From assembly GCA_965645245.1 (NCBI GenBank), contig OZ287081.1:558001-622000 (forward strand): a stretch of 64,000 bases of DNA, read 5' to 3'. Positions within the stretch are counted from its first letter, which is position 1. Each line of letters begins with the position of its first letter. The notes beneath the pieces were generated by a model, which was not told the DNA's origin, ran no database searches, and saw nothing but the letters and a program-made list of their open reading frames with translations. Positions 1 through 13,938 of the stretch are shown piece by piece. The DNA comes from Massalongia carnosa. Lineage: Eukaryota. The position numbers and the translations under genes are program-made.

Positions 1-944
1 CCCGGGCGAGTCTCGTCAAGCGTACACATTCCGCACTGCTCCCATAATTAGCGCGAATCCTGAGAAAGAGGTCTACAATGCCGAAAAGCCGACGGCAGGC
101 CAACCTTATGCTTTTCCAGACCCGGAAATGTCAACTCGATCTAGCGGCAGCGGTGACGATCCCCGTTCAACATCTACTATGCTCTCGCGCCGAGGCAGTG
201 ACCATACATCCATCACCAGTAGTATTTTTACGAGTGACTCGCGTTTACCTCCCGGGCAACATCGGTTGGATGATGGTAAGCAGTGCCACGCTCGTAGCAT
301 CCATGGAGATCATACTGAGGTTCTGTGATTGCAGAGGTTTCGGGCACACATCACCATTCGCTTCAGCACAAACAGGTTGGAAGCCTTGCTGGTGAATCCG
401 ATTCTCCCGATGCGGCATCTCCATACAGCCGGACGCCTGCTCTCCGGGCTAGCCATAAGATGGCCGAGCGGAAGCGCCGGACAGAGATGAAGTTTCTCTT
501 TGATGGCCTTCGAGCGCAGATACCTGCTAACCAAGGAAGCAAGTCAAGCAAATGGGAAATTCTATCCAAAGGTAAAAACTTTCCACGATTTCTTGGCATC
601 TGCTAACCGACGCAGCTTCGGATTACATCAAGAGCCTCGAAGTAACCGTCAAATCTGCAGCTGACGCCCAGGCCAAACTGAATCATGTCGCTATGGAGCT
701 AGAGTGCACCAAACGCGAGAACGATAGCCTTCGGAGTGAGAACCGCCGACTTTTCCAGGAAATGGAACACTATCGGGAGTCAGGACGTCAACAAATAGCA
801 CCTGCTCATCCACCACCCCCTCAGTACGCCGCTCCATCTATTCCGACAATGCCCGACCCATCTCGCTCCTTGCCTCCGCTAATGAACGGTGCTCCCGCGG
901 CGACATCTATGCAAGGCGTTCAATATTCGGAATCACGCCATTGA
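1..944 (+). CDS. bHLH transcription factor, Esc1/DevR-like; 5' end probably upstream of the window; introns 276-334 and 572-615
   Basis: The spliced product contains SPYSRTPALRASHKMAERKRRTEMKFLFDGLRAQIP..KSSKWEILSK-ASDYIKSLE (basic-helix-loop-helix). Both introns are GT..AG and keep the frame. Stop TGA at 942-944. Confidence 0.85.
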
Positions 945-3498
945 AAGCCCTTTCGTTCCTTTTGCGCGGGGGTCTAAGCGTCTTTCTTGGTCTGCTTGTT
1001 CTCAACAGGATGAAACCAAATGATTTGTCTACGATCCATCTCAAGTATGTCGAAGTACCATGATCTGCGGAGTTGGATGGGCTGTGATAAAAGTGTTTTT
1101 CAATGTTCGCCCTCGCCCCAGCCAATCCGATCTCCTTCTGTCCAGAGCTGGGTGGATTCCAGCAAACTTTGACATGGGCATCCCATTGTCTCGGTATTGC
1201 GGCGCTAAGCCGCGTGGTGGCTAATGTCTCTATTCGCATGGCGTATACTCCGTGGCATCTGTACCTTTACGCTTGAAATACCCACCGACCCACGACGTCG
1301 TCGGCTTTGTCGGATTTTCTTTCCTTTCTATTCCTCTCCAACTTTTCGGCCATATCTCTCCGATGTTATCCCAGATTTCGCTGCGATGTGTAAGAGGTGT
1401 CTAGATGCCAAACGTACTGTATTATTCTGTCATGAATAGCGGTATATTAAGGCGGCTGGGGTGGGCCAGTGAAAGCGCAGAGATGTGGAGGGGATGGGTG
1501 CTGCTTTGCGCACCATCACAACATGCCCCTCAACGGAAGGGGCTGGCTTACGGCGCTGCTTCTTCCTTTCCCCTACCGCCCAGCTTGAGCTGTCAGAGGA
1601 ACAGCAGCTCTCCTTATTTTCCTTTGCAAGAAAAAACGGCACGGTTGAAGGTTTCTTGTAACTGCTTTAGGCTATCTTCTCTGCCCGGGCTTTCATGGGA
1701 GCGAATTATTTGTCCAGATCCACTGTATGTAGCCGGAAAAACTCATAGAAAAATGACGATACCTTTTGCAATTTGGTCATGTTATCTATCGGGGCGATGG
1801 TTGGCGACGAATAGGAATTTCGCTTGAACCAAAAACAAGACCTACTACCGCCCGACACACGGAGCGCATAATGACTGAACATCAAGGGAGGGGCAGTCAC
1901 AGTTAGCAAGTTCATAAGCCAACTCAGATCATCGGTCCGACTATATTCCGCCCTACACGAATGCTTCACCGCTCTCTTTTCCATCGCTTTCCATCACTTT
2001 CCATTTCCTACCAAAAAGCATGACCTTCTTTTTCTTCTCCTTTCCCGGCTTTATGAGGTATGTATCTGCTGTTATGTTCCCTTTCGCAACTGACGGGTTA
2101 CCTAGTTAGCCAGTTGGTTACTAAATCAGAGTGGGTAGTTGAGCTGGGTAGATAGCTATCTCTCTCTCTCTCTTTCATTCACCCGTACTTTGTGGGGAAA
2201 GCTCACTGCTTGGATAGTTGGAGCTGTGTTTTTTTTGTGAAGGGGGGGGGGGTTATTACGGAGATGCGATTTTAGTGATTATCGGAGCTAACCTTGACGA
2301 CGACAGCACGGGTTATGTATTGATCACTAGTTTGCTTGGGCCCCATAGAGAGAGATATATTCTAAATTGAGAACTGCATCTTTCAGAAAATTTCCGACAA
2401 AACGCTTTTCTGGATTGGATAGAATGAACGGTAGGTAGGTAGGCTAGATAGCCTTATTAATTTTTTTTATTGTTCCTCATTCATCACCATTAACGAAACC
2501 CCCCCCCCCCTCCCCCTGTGCCCCTATTTTTTTTATTTTTTTTACCGCCACTCGAACCGTTGACGTCTTCAACACAAAAGAAAAGAAAAGGGGTATTTAT
2601 ATCCACCCCACCCTTTCCCTCCCATCCTTCGCCATCAAAGCAAAAGTCCTCGAAAACAATGGCCCTGATCCCTGTCCCTGGGAGCCGCCCGCGCGCGCGC
2701 ATGCTGACGGAGCCGGACGATCTGTAGGTGGATAACGCGCGGCTGCGCGGACAAGGCGTTTGGACTTGACCAAGCCGCTGAATAGGACGCTGAGGTGCCA
2801 GTTTGGGGAGGGGGAACTCATCCCTCCTAATGCGGCTTACTAGGTTAGCTAGATGTATGAGAAATATGATACGTTTTTTTGTATGGCACGTTTTAGATTT
2901 TCCCCTTTTTTAAAAAAACTCGGTTTTTTCTTTTCTTTTCTCGTTGAATTGGAAAAATAAAGATTTATAAAAAACCCTATCCCCATCCCATCCCATAACC
3001 ACGCCCCCACCCTTTTCCTTCTTTCCTTTCTACATACGTACATACATACTTGCATAGGTTTATGCAAATATACGAATATAAAACCAGGTCCCCTTTGCAA
3101 CCACCCCCCCCCCCCCCCCCCATCCAAGCATTTCCCTATATATCTCCAACCCGCGCATCTAGTCCTATCTATCTACTCTACTCTACCTCCTTACCCACCC
3201 AGCTATCCAGCTAACCACACTCCCTACTTACTATGTACCAGTAAGTACTCCCGAAAAAACTCGCGGCAACAGCGGTAGCAGCAGTTTTATTCCGATTTAA
3301 TTGGGGGTTTTTTCGGCGGGGGCGGTTTCCGCCAGATGATGGGTAGTTGCTGGGGAGAATGGAAGATGGAAGGGTGAATGGATGGACGGAGTGGTTGTTT
3401 GGCTGTTTGGCTGTTTTTATTGTGATGTTTCGTGATGTTTATAATGTAACGTTGTACATTAAGAATGGAAGGAAGGAGAAGGGTTCATTGATGATTGA

Positions 3499-3532
3499 TG
3501 AATGAATGAATGAATGAATGAATGAATGAATG
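3499..3532. repeat. (TGAA)n microsatellite, about 8 units
   Basis: Directly visible tandem TGAA units. Confidence 0.9.
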
Positions 3533-3675
3533 TATGTTTTGAGAAGTGGCGGGCAAAATTCCAATTCTCTTGCTCATGCCATGTATATAAGAAAAAGAAA
3601 CAGAAAAATAAGAGAACTCTGATCGTCTGATTGAGATTTCTTGGAAATTTGTGCTTTGGTTCGAAGAAAAGGAGA

Positions 3676-4482
3676 TGCAGCTATCTGGACTGATAGATAG
3701 ACCTAAGAGGAGGGGATTCACTCAAGGGGGGTCAACCCAATTTATCTACACCCAACGACCTGAACACGAAAAGTCCTATTTCCGTCGCATCTATATCTCT
3801 CAGCTAGGCCCGCGTCTTTCGGTTTCCCGAAGCCACCGTAAAGGTATGTCATTTTATATCCAGGCCTTTGCCATAATGTGGAGGACAATCCGTGTAGCAG
3901 TCGATTCGTTTCAAGATATTCTGATATTCTAATATCAGCCTGAGAGATTCGAGGGAGCGAAAATCCGTGACACTCTTTTTGGAACGGGGAAAGATATGAG
4001 GGCGGAACGCACACGAAAATCGTTGCCCCTGTACGCTTCGAAGGCATCGTCGAGCAGCGTACCATCGCATTTGTAGAAATACTTTGGATTTTCGCAATCC
4101 GGCGGTTTTGCTCGCGGCTTGTAAGTTATTTCAACGTTCAGATACGAAAGGGGGAGAAACGGAAAAAAATAATACTGCTATTGCATTTTGCAACCGTGTC
4201 GAGGACCATTTGATTAGCTTCGCAACATACAGAGTTCGATCCGCCGCATATGAAATGCGCATATTCTTGAGCCGGCAATTGCACAGCGAGGACGTCATCT
4301 TTCGACGACGCATACGGGGTCCGGAACATTGGGGTGGCGAGCAACCCATTCGTCGAATCTTCAAAGCTGCCCGCCGATGCTACAGAGATGATGCCATTCG
4401 GTGGCCAAACGTCAACGGGCAGGGTGTCGATTTGTTAAGGGATAGGTTTCTCAAGAACAGGATCGAGAAAAGTGTAGCCTGA
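3676..4482 (+). pseudogene. Possible intron-containing gene remnant of unknown function
   Basis: Protein-like ORF pieces (3651-3932, 4084-4482), a GTATGT donor at about 3844 and a CTAAT..CAG acceptor at about 3938. The frames do not join cleanly and no family was recognised. Confidence 0.25.
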
Positions 4483-5632
4483 GAAACTAGTAGCATCCTC
4501 GACAGCAATCGGCTTCGCGACAGCCGCGCCGAAAGGATTGAGAGATGAAAAAAAAGTAGGCGCATTATCTATTGTTGCAGATAAGCAACTTGAGTTAAAC
4601 TCTTCCTCGTTGTAGTTGCGCGGTCAAGCTCCTTTTTTCCTTCTTCTCTGAATCCGGGCGGAGATTGCCAGGCTATGTACCCTCCTGCACGAGACCTTCT
4701 TTACGCTATATGGAGGTATCTCGACAAGATTTAACCATGCACGGAATCTTATCTAAAGCCTACATGTTTTGGGGTGAAAATGGACCAAAACCTTCCGAGC
4801 GCTGGTGCTAGCTGGCCTAGACGGTGAATGAAACACTATATCACCATCAAAATCTGCCTTGGTAGGAGATTATTTTCGAAACCCGCTGCACGATTCCCAT
4901 TTGGCACATCAATGGAATCAAAATAAGTGCTGAGGAATGTTGAGTTAAATAGGCAGGTAATAGTATGTGTGGGAAGGATTGATTGTTCTATCTAGGTGGC
5001 TATCTACTATGTTTATATAGCTAGATAGATGAGAGATGAATAAGATAGAGAGCAGGCACAGCGGCAGGGCAGGTTTGCCTTGAATCTCCCTGCCGCCGTG
5101 TGCGGATCACTTGAGACGTTATTCCCAAGCCGTTGTGTTGCCGTCTGGCACGGCACATAGGATGGCTGTCTCATCTAACAAGGAACAATCTTGACGTTGG
5201 CACTGAAAAATGAGATAGAGAGGCGAGAAAAGCCGAGATGTGACAGATGAAACAAGTTGTTACAGAACAAAAGGATATATTTGATAAGTTGGGCACGTTG
5301 AACGAGTGAAGTTTCACAGTGTCGCCGATACCTATATGTAGTCGTCACTGTGGTTGGCATACTCTGTATTTGATGGTCTTGTAGACTGAGGGTACCTACA
5401 GGGTGCTTAAATGGATGCCTTAGGAGTCGTAAAGCGTCTCACATGTGATTCATCTTCCAAGCGCCGACCCTCGCCACAATCTGTACTTGAATCACCGGAA
5501 CACAGAACATTGTTACGTTTCTACTAATCTAACTCGACATATCGACAACTCGACACTTGTTTCTCGATTTAGATATTTTGCAAGCCATTTCAATCGTGTA
5601 ACAACAACACATAGGGGATGCTAGTCGTCGTT

Positions 5633-8060
5633 TCAATCATCATCCGTAGAAGTCGTCTCGGAATCTTCCGAATCATCGCTCTCCACACTTCCTTCCTCAA
5701 TCTCCCATACACCTTCCTCTCCTTCTCTACTCTCCTCACCCCCAACCTTCTCTCCAATCCCCTCCTCATCCTCATCCTCATCCTCATCATCCTCCTGGTT
5801 CAACACCCCGAACTCCCCGCAAATGTCCCATCGATCCCCCTTCGCCTGCCGGCTAATATACTTCACAAACCTCATCGTCCCTTTGTCCCTTAGCACGATC
5901 CCCAGCGTGTTCCAGCCGGCTGGCATGCTAAAGAGGACCGCGTCTTCGCCTATATCATCGTAGCCAGGGGCTTGGTAGATGGCCGGATCGGTTTTGGGCC
6001 GTGCTTTTTGGAGAATTGGGTTCGACGCCGTGGAGGATTGAGCGTCATTACTCATATTTGAGGGTAATATCTCTAAGCCAGGCTTGAGGTCTTGCTGTGC
6101 TACTTTATCTTCGTCGGAATCCTCATCCCCCGCCATATAAGTTACGTATCCGCCAACATCGCCTCCTATAGGAGAGATATCTATCGTGTTAGCGTCTCCG
6201 TCAGCGCTTTCTTCTGATTCCCAACCTGGGGTAGGGGTGATGGCTAGCGTGATTTCAAGCCTAGCATCCTCTTCATCATAGCCAGTCGCAAGCGTATAAT
6301 CCTTCCCACGCCGAAATCGGCGAGCAAGGATGTTGTGCGAAGAAATGGTCAGACCGGTGGCAAAGTGAAGCCATTTGAAAAACGGAAGAGATGGTAGAAG
6401 GTTTTCCAAGAGGTCCTGAAGCGGCGATTGGATTCTTCGATCCGTCATGTGGCCTTCTCGACCTTGTTGGAACAGATATCGATGCTTATGAGGAGGTCGA
6501 GCTATTGCCCAAGGAGTGGTCTTTTCAATCTCGGCAGTTTTGGTGGGTAGAGGTTGAGATTCTTGGATGGAGATGAAATCCCGTAACGAGTTCGAGAACT
6601 TTGATGAGAGGAATGTTGAAAGTGTTAGGAAACACTGCTCAGAAAAGAGGGTGGAAACTGATTCAAGCGTGTCGGGAGTTAGGTATGTTGGAGCAATGTA
6701 TTTAAGCAGGAAGGTCAAGTCAGCTTCCGACAACTCTATCTCCTCTTTTATGTCACGGGATGATTTTTCCTGAACAGCATCTTTTGACACCGATATATTG
6801 TCTTGTGTGCTAGCTACCTTCTTCTCACCTGCACCATGTGGTAACGCTGCCTCGTCTTGGGTGCTGAGAACTGATGCAGCTTCCCCAGCGGTTTTCGATA
6901 GCAGTGCGTCGCTGTGTGAACTAGGAATTGTTTTTTGATTAATACCATGTTCTGGCGATAGTACATCCGCGTGTTTGTTAGAAGCTGGTTTATTATCATC
7001 ATCTCTGGATTCGTCCTCCGGTGTGGCAGGAGGTGCTACCTCCTTACTATCGTTAGCACTGAAATCGGAATTAAAACTGGCGTTTGCAGAATGTAGGATT
7101 TGTTTAGGTAGGTCAAATAGATCTTCCTTGCCCTGTAATTGCATCAGACTACTCTTTTCGGCCAATGTCTCCTCTAGTCCTCTAACAAATCCTTCTTCTC
7201 CTGCTTGTGGAATATGGTACCACCCGCTAATTGCTGTCCGTACTCGAACGTCATCGTTAGCTTCATCATCACCCCCTTTGCTAGCGTAAACCTCCTCCAC
7301 ATCATGGAAACTCTCTCCTGGCTGGACAGCGAAGAAGCTCAATTGATTGAAGGCTGGTGGTATTGATAAGTCATGGTCTGGACTTGGTACTTTAATCACT
7401 TTCCCATCCTCGCTTGTATGCTCCACGATGGGATATAATCTCAATGCGCCGCCCCATTCTTCCTTCCATGGTATGTCTGGGTCTGTCAGGTATAAGATAT
7501 AGCTAACTCTCCGGCTTCCAATTACATCATCATGGCATAGTAGATGGCAGCCAGGCGTATATACATTGATTGCCATATCCGTTTTTCTCCCGGAAAGTGC
7601 GCCAGCCCCAGTGATGGTGGAAAGGTAGTCCCGGAAAGTTGAGGAATAGAGAGCATCACGTAGTGTAAGCAAAGACGGCAAGAGTTTGAGAGAGGAGTCG
7701 TCGAGGCCATCGAGGTTTGCAAGGTCACCCGATTGGTGTATCTTGTAAATGTCGGTCTCTTTGGGGGTGAAGGAAAGATTATCCTGGATTTCAGTGCGCA
7801 CATTGCGCAGAAGCTCTGGGGACACCAGATCTTTGATTACGCCATGCTTGTATCTACATCGTATCAGACGCTGGCCCCAACATCTTCTTTAGGCTTACTT
7901 ACGGCTTAGATTCCGTATAGCTCTTCACGAGCTTATCTAATGCCTCTTTGTTGAACAATCCATCGCGGAACCAATCTAAATGAGCAGGACCGACAGCAGC
8001 TCGCTTTTTGGGAGCGGTTGCTTCGACATCATTCAATGCGTCATCAGCTTTCCGCTTCAT
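5633..8060 (-). CDS. TPA1: Prolyl 3,4-dihydroxylase Tpa1/Ofd1 (2OG-Fe(II) dioxygenase); intron 7854-7902
   Basis: Starts MKRKADD and splices to PYKHGVI. Contains KETDIYKIHQSGDLANLDGL, LLCHDDVIGSRRVSYILYL (HxD), SFHDVEEV, a C-terminal Ofd1 domain (ARPPHKHRY, RRFRRGKDYTLA, WNTLGIVLRDKGTMRFVKY) and an acidic tail. Confidence 0.95.
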
Positions 8061-8898
8061 GTCAGCGGTAGGTTCACAGAGGCGCGATGGAGGTTTCTGG
8101 TTGTTCAAGTCATCCAGTAATATTGAGCTGTGTGTGCCGGTTTCATATACCAAGCTAATCTCATTCTAGTAAGGGAAAGTTGAGCCACCAGAATCTTTTA
8201 GCAGTCTAGAAAAACCTTCTCTGGGCATCAGATCCCGTGTGGCTCAGTTCCCTTTTCCTGCCGCTAAATCTACTCCCTTACTCAACACAGCTACATCCCC
8301 AACCTCCCTCATCCTCTCGCAGAACATGTAAAACAAACCATCATTGTCTCGGCCGCCAGATCTGGCACATACCCGTCGATATTGGAAGCATGCTAGGTGG
8401 TGTTGCATTTCTTAGCTTGGATTGAGGAGTTATTGAAGGGAAAAGAGCGGCAAAGGAGGTCGGTGGATAAGGACAGGACGCAGGGCAAAAAGGGGTGTTG
8501 GGTGGAGGATAAGAGAAAACTGCTGGTGGAAAGGGCTGACATGGACAGGACATCTATCCCGATTCTACGTATTCTGCAACAAATACCTTCATTGGAAGAA
8601 GGAAAATGAAAGCGAAAATTAGAAGAAGCGTACTAATTTATGGACATAGCAAACTCTGGGCCTAAGCTAAAATCTAGAAAGTACCCAACACGTAATTCCC
8701 ATGCACGAGATATTTATACTTACGTATTTAGACTTTCTTACGAAGTTGCAATCCCCGAAGCCAGGGAGCAAGAAGAAGAGCGCGGTGTGACGTCTTTTTC
8801 GTACTTGTAACGACTAATGCGTGCCTGACGATAAGCGCGACTGTGTTAAGCCTAAGCTCAGCCTCAGAGGTTACTGCCATATCGGTAGGCATAGGCGT

Positions 8899-9821
8899 CT
8901 ATATTAGCTTGCACATACAGAGCATCCACTCTAGATAAGATAATGAACGAGACATCACCCCGTAGGCCACCCAAAGCGTTGGCTGACGTCCCCTCAACTC
9001 CTCGATCTCCTCGAGAAACACTGCTGGCCGAGCATACACCCAGTATATCTTGAGGACAATAGCTTTAGACATTTTTGACGCCGAACCCCACTTATCCCCA
9101 TTAACTCTCACTATGGTATATCAGGCTGCCTGCCGCTCAGGGACCGTCATACACTTGCAGGAGCTTAACACCCTATACAGTTGGTTCGGGTCCATGATTC
9201 CTAGCTTTTCCTGTTCCTTCCCTTCTAAACATAACAAAGCCAAAAGCACAGCCTGTCACATAAGATATACCTCTAAAAGACTCATACTCTCCAGTATACC
9301 ATCACAACGCTAGCGCAGCATAGGGGAGAAGTATGAGAGCGCAAACATCCGGAGAAAGCAAAATGCGTGAGCGAAGTGAACTTGCTCATTACAGAAGATA
9401 TCGCACATGAGCGCCGCAGGCGATGTCTGGCTTCCACTCAAGCTCTTTAACTATGTACCCCGCGGCTTCAGGGTCGCAGACCGCGACAGCTTCGCAGTCG
9501 TTGGCACAGATATGACGAAGACGTCCTAGATACACTTCGTAGCTCTCATGGCTTTCGTTCTGATGGTTATCGCCTTTACCAAGCTGGACTGGGATCTGGT
9601 TTTCTTGTGGCAAATTGGACGCTTTCTTGGGCTTCAGCAAGGGTTTGGGCGTTGGGATAGTACGGTATATCCCTTGGGAGTATGGCGCGCAGATTCGACC
9701 GCCAGATCTCGTGCAAGGAGCGGCAGGTCAATGAAAAGAAGTGGACCTCGTGAACACAATCGTGCGCCCTGAAAATGGTTAGAAAAAGCTCTGAAGGCAG
9801 GTCAAGCAATCCGATCGTCAT
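8899..9821 (-). pseudogene. F-box protein gene, disrupted
   Basis: N-terminal LLDLPSELFLTIF...FSLTCRSLHEIW F-box signature. Coding potential continues through frameshifts (about 9620 and 9390) and in-frame stops to about 8900. Confidence 0.6.
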
Positions 9822-10538
9822 GATTCCTAGTTGTGACCAGATGCTCTGTAATCTCTAACTACCATGATATGTTTTATTCCCATTGGCCTTCAATATCTTG
9901 GAGAAACCGAAATATCGGCAATGTTAACATATGAGTCCGAATAGCAGCTTTCAAAACCGATGTATTCATTTGAATACCTATACTGGTGGGATGCAAGGCG
10001 AAATACAGCGATTCTTTTGATCGTTATGGCGTCGGTTACAGAGTACCCTAGTTGCCCAGAAGTGCTTGATTTTATTTGCAACACACCCCCTATTTTAAAC
10101 ACTTAGCAGCCCCGCCGCTTAATTAGTCATTGGTTAGCTTATCAGTTTATCTAGTTATCTGACGATGACGTCTCAATGACAATGTTGATTTAAGTCTTGG
10201 TCGATTTTGCTGTTTTGCCTAGGCCCTATCTTTTTTACTTCCCATTAATCACCTCCTTAATTACAACTCAAAAGTCCTATAACCTAAATCTCGGTAACTC
10301 TAATTTCTCAATTGTATCTGCTTCCCCATTTCCTCATCACGAAATATGTAACAAAACTGCCACCAGTCCCCAGCTCCAGGTTCATGAGCCGCGTCTGGAA
10401 TCTGCTGGTAAAACTCATGAATATGTTGATTCACATGTAGGTATAATAGCATGATTATCATTGAAGATAATTATCTATGTGAGCTATCTACCTGCTTTTA
10501 TAGCAGTCACACAGTAGTCACATAACAGTGGTGCTGTA

Positions 10539-10612
10539 GGCCTCCCATAGCTGCCTACCAGGCACCTCCATAACTACCTATTAGACACCTCTATAGGTGC
10601 CTATCAGGCACC
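10539..10612. repeat. Degenerate tandem repeat, about 23-bp unit, 3+ copies
   Basis: Units ggcctcccatagctgcctacca / ggcacctccataactacctatta / gacacctctataggtgcctatca / ggcacc. Confidence 0.6.
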
Positions 10613-11749
10613 CGTGGGACTCACGATGGATACCTATATTGATGGTAGCCTGACCATCTAACGAATGATAGCCTCACATCTAAAAAACCCCCTCTGCGTG
10701 ACCTCCAGCATATGCTGGGCCAGCCCTTGCACCAAGTACCACAGAATCACCATGTTCTAGCCAAGGCCACGCGCCCTCAGATACGTAGGTGCCCCTGCCA
10801 AATGAGAAAAGTGGTCAGCGTGAGGTTCTCCTGCCTAATGATTGCCGCATTCTCCAGCATGCGCCTTTCGAGTAACTCCAGGATGCTCGCGGCGACGCGA
10901 AGGGGGCGCATCTAGGGCTAGAAGCTGAGGTTTAGGTCTCAATTGCGTAGGAAGAAGTGGGTGGAGGCTATGTCTGTGATGGTAATATTAGTAGGGGAGG
11001 TGATGGTTGAGGGATGAGCTTTTTTGAGTTGAGCGACCTCGTGATTGATAGGATGGAGGGGGTTTGTGGTGGATAGATGGATTAATGAGAGTGGGGTGAG
11101 TAAAATGACCGCTGCTCGGATGACTTTTAATGAACGCATTTTGCCGTGCAAGTCGAATAGAATCAGTATAATGATGAATTCGTTCAGGTGTTTTCTTCAT
11201 ATGGATCAGCTTCAAGTTGGAAAGAGTTTTGGGACGAACATAATGTCAAAGGTGGTAGAATCGATTGCAAAGCATGACTTTCTTCCTGTTGGCTCAATGG
11301 TGAGCCAAGATTAATTTAGCAGAGAAAGTCCTCCTGAGATCCTATTATACCAACTCAGTCAAGCCAATCATCCCTTTTTAATATAAGAAAACGTGCGCTT
11401 CATTTTGCCGTAGGATGACGCTACAAGATCAACTCCGTGGCTTTGATAAAGATAGATAGCACGCTGCCGATGGATCTAGCATTGACCCAAAGACGATGCG
11501 AGCTTATATAACGTGCTAATAGGAGGTGGGTGAAGAACGGCAGTGATTCTGTTTAAGCTTCTAAATAGTAGCCGAAATCTTATCACTCTCAGGACTCGCA
11601 GAGTTTGAATGGAGCTGGCTGTAGGTCTAACAGCGGCTATTCATATCAGACCAGCATTAGAGCTTGGGACAACGTAGGAAGAGCGTAGAAGGTTATGCTT
11701 GAATTTTCATTATGCGATAAGTTGCATTAATTGAAATGAAGAGCAACTA

Positions 11750-13688
11750 ACCGTGCGACCGAGGTAAATCCGATGGACCGCACCCGGAGCTACGCTCCAG
11801 GTGCGGCTCACCTCCATGACGCTATCATCTCCATGACGCATTTTTAAAAATTTCTATCATCTATCATCAACCATTTATTATTCAACCACATCATGTCTGA
11901 TTCGTACAAGAAACGAGAGGCTAACATTGCAAAGGCCTTAGATGCATTTGCGAAGAACACATACAAATCAGCCGCAGCCTGTGCCAAAGAATTCGATATT
12001 TCACCTCGTCTATTTCAAAGAAGACTACCTGGATATAGCAAGCGAAAAGCAGTCAATATGAGGCTGTCTGCTGCACAAGAACTAGCCCTGAAGGAGTATA
12101 TTGAATTTCTTGATGATATTGAATTATCAATGAGATTGCCATTGATTCGCGGTGCAGCTAATTATTTGTTGCAATTGCAACATCCTTCCTCGTCTTCATC
12201 TTCTCTCACCCGCGTAGGAAAATGCTGGACCGGACGATTCTTGAAAAGAAATCCCCAATTTTTCATGCAAAAAGGCAAGCCATTAGCAGCCGAAAGGAAA
12301 AACGCTCACAATGTTACGGATATTCAAACTTATTTCTCTTCATTTCAATCGACTGTAGCCCTTCTTGGTATAACTCCAGATGATATATGGAATATGGATG
12401 AGACAGGCTTTCGAGTTGGCTGTGGGGTAACCCATTTGGTGGTAACACTATCATCACATAAACGAATTATGATCGCTGATCCAGACAATCGAGACTATAA
12501 CTTCGGTCGAATGCATCAATGGAGTTGGCGGAAGCGTCCCATCCTTTTTGATTTTGAAAGGGGTCAACATACTTCACAAATGGGCCTTAGAGAATGATTT
12601 GGAAGATGATATCGTGTTGACTACAAGCGATAGCGGCTATTCGAATGATTGTCTAGCATTAGAGTGGCTAAAGCATTTTAATGCTCATTCAAAAAATGTT
12701 CAAAAAGGAGCGTTTAGGCTTCTTTTGTTGGATGGATATGGATCTCATCTAACGTATGAATTTTGGGAATATTCGAAAGAAAATAATATCTGTTTATTCA
12801 GATTACCCCCCCATTCAACCCATTTGACGCAGCCATTGGACGTTGGTGTTTTTCAGCCAATGAAACATTATCATGCTCAAGCGGTTGACAACGCCATTCG
12901 GTTGGGTGACGTTGACTTCAATCGTCTGGATTTTCTGGCCGCATTCAATCAATTTCGTACAAAGGCATTCAAATCATCTACTATCAAATCAGCCTGGGAA
13001 AAAACTGGGTTGATACCTTACAATCCGGAGGTAGTCTTGACCAAAATTCGTGCTTTAAATCCGGCATTACCACCACTACCAATATCATCTTCGGAGACAA
13101 TAATCCTACCTCATACCCCCAAAAAGCCCAAAGCCGTTGCTAAGGAAGGGGAAAACATTATTCTGCGAATGAATAATAATGAAGAAATTACTCCAGAAAG
13201 AATGCGACGTTTTATCAAAGGGTCGGTTGCAAACGCTAATTTACTAGAATTGACGCAACGCGACTTGCAAGCCACACACACAGCTGCATTAGCTAAAAGG
13301 GCCCGAAAAAAGCTTGTTGGCACCGTTGTTCAGAAGGGAGGAATCGTTACCGTTCGAGATGTGAGGCAAAATCACCTACATCGTACCCAAGAAGAGGTGG
13401 AAAGGGAGGAGGGTCGTCAAAAGCGTGCTGAGACGGCTAGACAAAAGAAAATATTTCTCTATGGAAAGCGATAGCTAAACGGTTTGGCTTGGTGGGTAAA
13501 AAGGCCGAAAGCTGGATAGATGAACGTCAGCCTTTGATTTTGAATAGCTTCATTTTGAAAGGGTCAATCAATGGATATAATGTAAATAGTTGAGAAATGC
13601 GTCATGGAGATGATAGCGTCATGGAGGTGAGCCGCACCTGGAGCGTAGCTCCGGGTGCGGTCCATCGGATTTACCTCGGTCGCACGGT
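11750..13688 (+). mobile_element. Fot1/pogo-family DNA transposon, 1939 bp, perfect 94-bp TIRs, TA target duplication
   Basis: TIRs at 11750-11843 and 13595-13688 are exact reverse complements (accgtgcgaccgaggtaaatcc...gacgcattt). TA flanks at 11748-49 and 13689-90. Confidence 0.95.
11893..13474 (+). pseudogene. Fot1/pogo transposase (CENP-B-type HTH plus DDE_1) with one frameshift at about 12497
   Basis: Motifs WNMDETGF, LLLDGYGSH and LPPHSTHLTQPLDVGVFQPMK. Adding 2 nt in the TATA run at about 12497 restores DNRDYITSVECINGVG and joins the two ORFs. Confidence 0.9.
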
Positions 13689-13938
13689 TAGAGCGATCTC
13701 AATAAATAAGGATTGCGCTCCTGGAAGTAGTTTGAAAAAACAATGACATAGTGTCTGCGGGCAGTACATCGAAACAGCGGCGCTGGTTGAATGGTACCTA
13801 AGTAACATTTCGAGATGTGCTAAACTTTGATTCGAAGGAAGCGCTGCTTTGTAAAAGACGAAGTTTGATTGTTGTTGAATTGCACTGCCCTAGTATGGAA
13901 GTTTCTATGCTTAGTCAGCTGAATGTATATTAGCCGCT

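Noticed and set aside
2460..3360. Homopolymer-rich tract with short ORFs
   Set aside because: Low-complexity intergenic DNA; the ORFs are by-products of the C, A and T runs.
5056..5103. GC-rich stem-loop (gcggcaggg...ccctgccgc)
   Set aside because: A single short imperfect hairpin that matches no RNA family I can recognise.
10700..11314. Possible decayed gene or transposon fragment on the minus strand
   Set aside because: Multiple stops in all frames and no recognisable domain.
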